Shown here: positions 61,401-64,000 of the stretch, piece after piece
Layout: the number at the start of each line of letters is the position of its first letter
Numbering within the stretch: position 1 is the first letter of the stretch
Assembly: GCA_030390025.1 (NCBI GenBank)
Contig: JASTWF010000033.1
Location: 1,800,001 to 1,864,000 of the forward strand
Reading direction: 5' to 3'
Source: Squalus acanthias
Lineage: Eukaryota
DNA: 64,000 nt
Program-made: the position numbers and the translations under genes
The notes under the pieces: model-generated
What the model saw: the letters and a program-made list of their open reading frames with translations, nothing else
The model's database searches: none
Told to the model about the DNA's origin: nothing

Positions 61401-64000
61401 AGACAGATCCATTCACAGACCCAGACTGCTACATTCAGAGAAACAGACAGCAACATTCACAGACATGGAAAGCTGATTTCAAAAACACAGACGGCTCATT
61501 TCACAAATCTCAGAAAGTTCATTTAACAGACCCAGACAGCTCCATTCATGACACAGACAATTCATTTCATGACCTGTACAGCTCCAATCGCAGACTCAGT
61601 CATCTAAATTCACAGACCCAGGCTTCTCCAATCACAGACCCAGACAGCTCCATTCACAGACCCAGACAGTTCCATTCACAGACTCAGAATGTTCCTTTCA
61701 CAGAACCAGACAGATCATTTCACAGACCCAGACAGCTCATTTCACAGACCCAGACAGCTCCATTCACAGACTCTGACAGCTCCATTCACAGACCCAGACA
61801 GCTCATTTCACAGACACAGACAGCTAATTTCACAGACCCAGACAGCACAATTCAAAGACCCAGACAGCTCCATTCACAGACTCAGACAGCTCAATTCACA
61901 GACCCAGACAGCTCCATTCACAGACCCAGACAGCTCCATTCACAGACCCAGATAGCTCCATTCACAGACCCAGACAGCTCCATTCACAGACTCAGACAGC
62001 TCAATTCACAGACCCAGACAGCTCCATTCACAGACCCAGACAGCTCCATTCACAGACCCAGATAGCTCCATTCACAGACCCAGACAGATCCATTCACAGA
62101 CTCAGACATCAACATTCACCGACATGGAAAGCTGATTACAAAAACACAGACAGCTCATTTCCCAAATTCATTAAGTTCATTTAACTGATCCAGACATTTC
62201 CATTCACAGAAAAGATAACTCATTTCACAGACTCAACAGCTCCATTCACAGATTCAGACAGCACCATTCACAGACTCAGACAGCTCCATTCACAGACTCA
62301 GCCAGCTCCATTCACAGACTCAGACAGCACCATTCATAGACTCAGACAGCTCTATTCACAGTCACAGAAAACTCCATTCTCAGACCCAAACAGCTCATTT
62401 CACAGACAGAGACAGCTCCATTCACAGACCCAGACAGCTCCAATCACAGACCGAGACATCTCCATTCACAGATCCAGACATCACCATGCACAGACCCAGA
62501 CAGCACATTTCACAGATCCAGACAGCTCCATTCACAGAATCAGACAGCTCAATTCACAGATTCAGACAGCTCATTTCACACACCCAGACAGCTCCATTCA
62601 CAGACACAGGCAGTTCCATTCAAAGGCACAGACAGCTCCATTCACAGAACCAGACAGCTCCATTCACAGACCCAGGCAGCTCCATTCACAGACCCAGACA
62701 GCTCCATTCACAGACTCTGACAGCTCCATTCACAGACCCAGACAGCTCATTTCCCAGACCCAGACAGCTCATTCCACAGACCCAGACAGCTCCATTCACA
62801 GACTCAGACAGCTCCATTCACAGACCCAGACAGCTCCATTCACAGACCCAGACAGCTCCATTCACAGACCCAGACAGCTCCATTCACAGACTGTGACAGC
62901 TCCATTCACAGACCCAGACAGGTCATTTCACACACCCAGACAGCTCATTTCACACACCCAGACAGCTCATTTCACAGACTCAGACAGCTCCATTCACAGA
63001 CCCAGACAGCTACAGTCACAGACCCAGATAGCTCCATTCACAGACCCAGACAGCTCCATTCACAGACCCAGACAGATCCATTGAAAGACTGTGACAGCTC
63101 CATTCACAGACCCAGACAGGTCATTTCACACACCCAGACAGCTCATTTCACACACCCAGACAGCTCATTTCACAGACTCAGACAGCTCCATTCACAGACC
63201 CAGACAGCTACAGTCACAGACCCAGATAGCTCCATTCACAGACCCAGACAGCTCCATTCACAGACCCAGACAGATCCATTGAAAGACTCAGACAGCAACA
63301 TTCACCGACATGGAAAGCTGATTACAAAAACACAGACAGCTCATTTCAAAAATTCATTCAGTTCATTTCACTGACACAGACATTTCCATTCACAGACCCA
63401 GAAAGCTCATTTCACCGAACCAGACAGCTCCATTCACAGACCCAGACAGCTCCATTCACAGACCCAATCACTGACCAAGACAGCTCCTTCCACAGACACA
63501 GACAGTTCCATTCACAGACCCAGGCAGCTCCATTCACAGATGCCGAAAGATCATTTCACAGATACAGACAGCTCCATTCACAGACCCAGACAGATCCATT
63601 CACAGACTCAGACAGATCCATTCACAGACTCAGATAGGTCCATTGACAGACCAGACAGCTCCATTCACTGACCCAGGCAGCTCCATTCACAGACCCAGAC
63701 AGCTCCAGTCACAGACCCAGACAGCTCCAGCCAACACCCAGACAGCTCCAATCACAGACCAAGACATCTCCATTCACAGATCCAGACATCACCATTCACA
63801 GACCAGACAACTCATTTCACAGACTCAGACAGCTCATTTCACAGACCCAGACAGCTGATTTCACAGACCCAGATAGCTACATTCACATACTCGGTAATCT
63901 CATTTCACAGACACAGACAGCTCCATTCACAGACTCAGACAGCACCATTCACAGACTCAGACAGCCGCATTCACAGACTCAGACAGCTCCATTCACAGAC
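49475..64000. repeat. 22-bp satellite CAGACAGCTCCATTCACAGAC(C/T) with many variants and kb-scale block duplications; runs off the right edge
   Basis: 22-bp period giving a 22-aa cycle (QTQTAPFTDPDSSIHRPRQLHS). Block offsets of 1786, ~1230 and 198 bp are visible from recurring ORF starts. Confidence 0.97.
50316..57979 (+). mobile_element. Nine ~97-bp Penelope terminal-repeat / hammerhead fragments embedded in the 22-bp satellite (starts 50316, 50636, 51688, 53152, 53472, 54938, 55258, 56330, 57882)
   Basis: TTGACGATAGGTCTTCGACCTGAAACGTTAACTCTGTTTCTCTCTCCAC...CCAGCGTTTTCTGTT aligns by eye to the reverse complement of 19750-19842. Confidence 0.85.

Overview
Eukaryotic, repeat-dominated window from a cartilaginous fish, probably a shark (inferred from the HE1/V-SINE, the CR1 and Penelope families and the chondrichthyan-type NLR exon). 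About 85% is four unrelated tandem arrays: a G-rich 21/27-bp array (1-19230), a 39-bp array (25539-39406), an 18-bp array (39607-47195, after a 200-N gap) and a 22-bp array (49475-64000). Almost all long ORFs in the track are artefacts of these arrays. The unique island at 19.2-25.5 kb holds three things on the minus strand: a 1.7-kb NLR NACHT exon with one premature TGA and no visible LRR exons, a 5'-truncated Penelope-like GIY-YIG retroelement with a decayed minimal hammerhead ribozyme, and a candidate 102-bp exon with clustered STAT/GAS motifs upstream. CR1 LINE fragments and a full-length V-SINE are inserted in or between the arrays. The most unusual observation is nine copies of the Penelope hammerhead module amplified inside the 22-bp satellite. 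All calls come from reading the sequence by eye; no searches were run.
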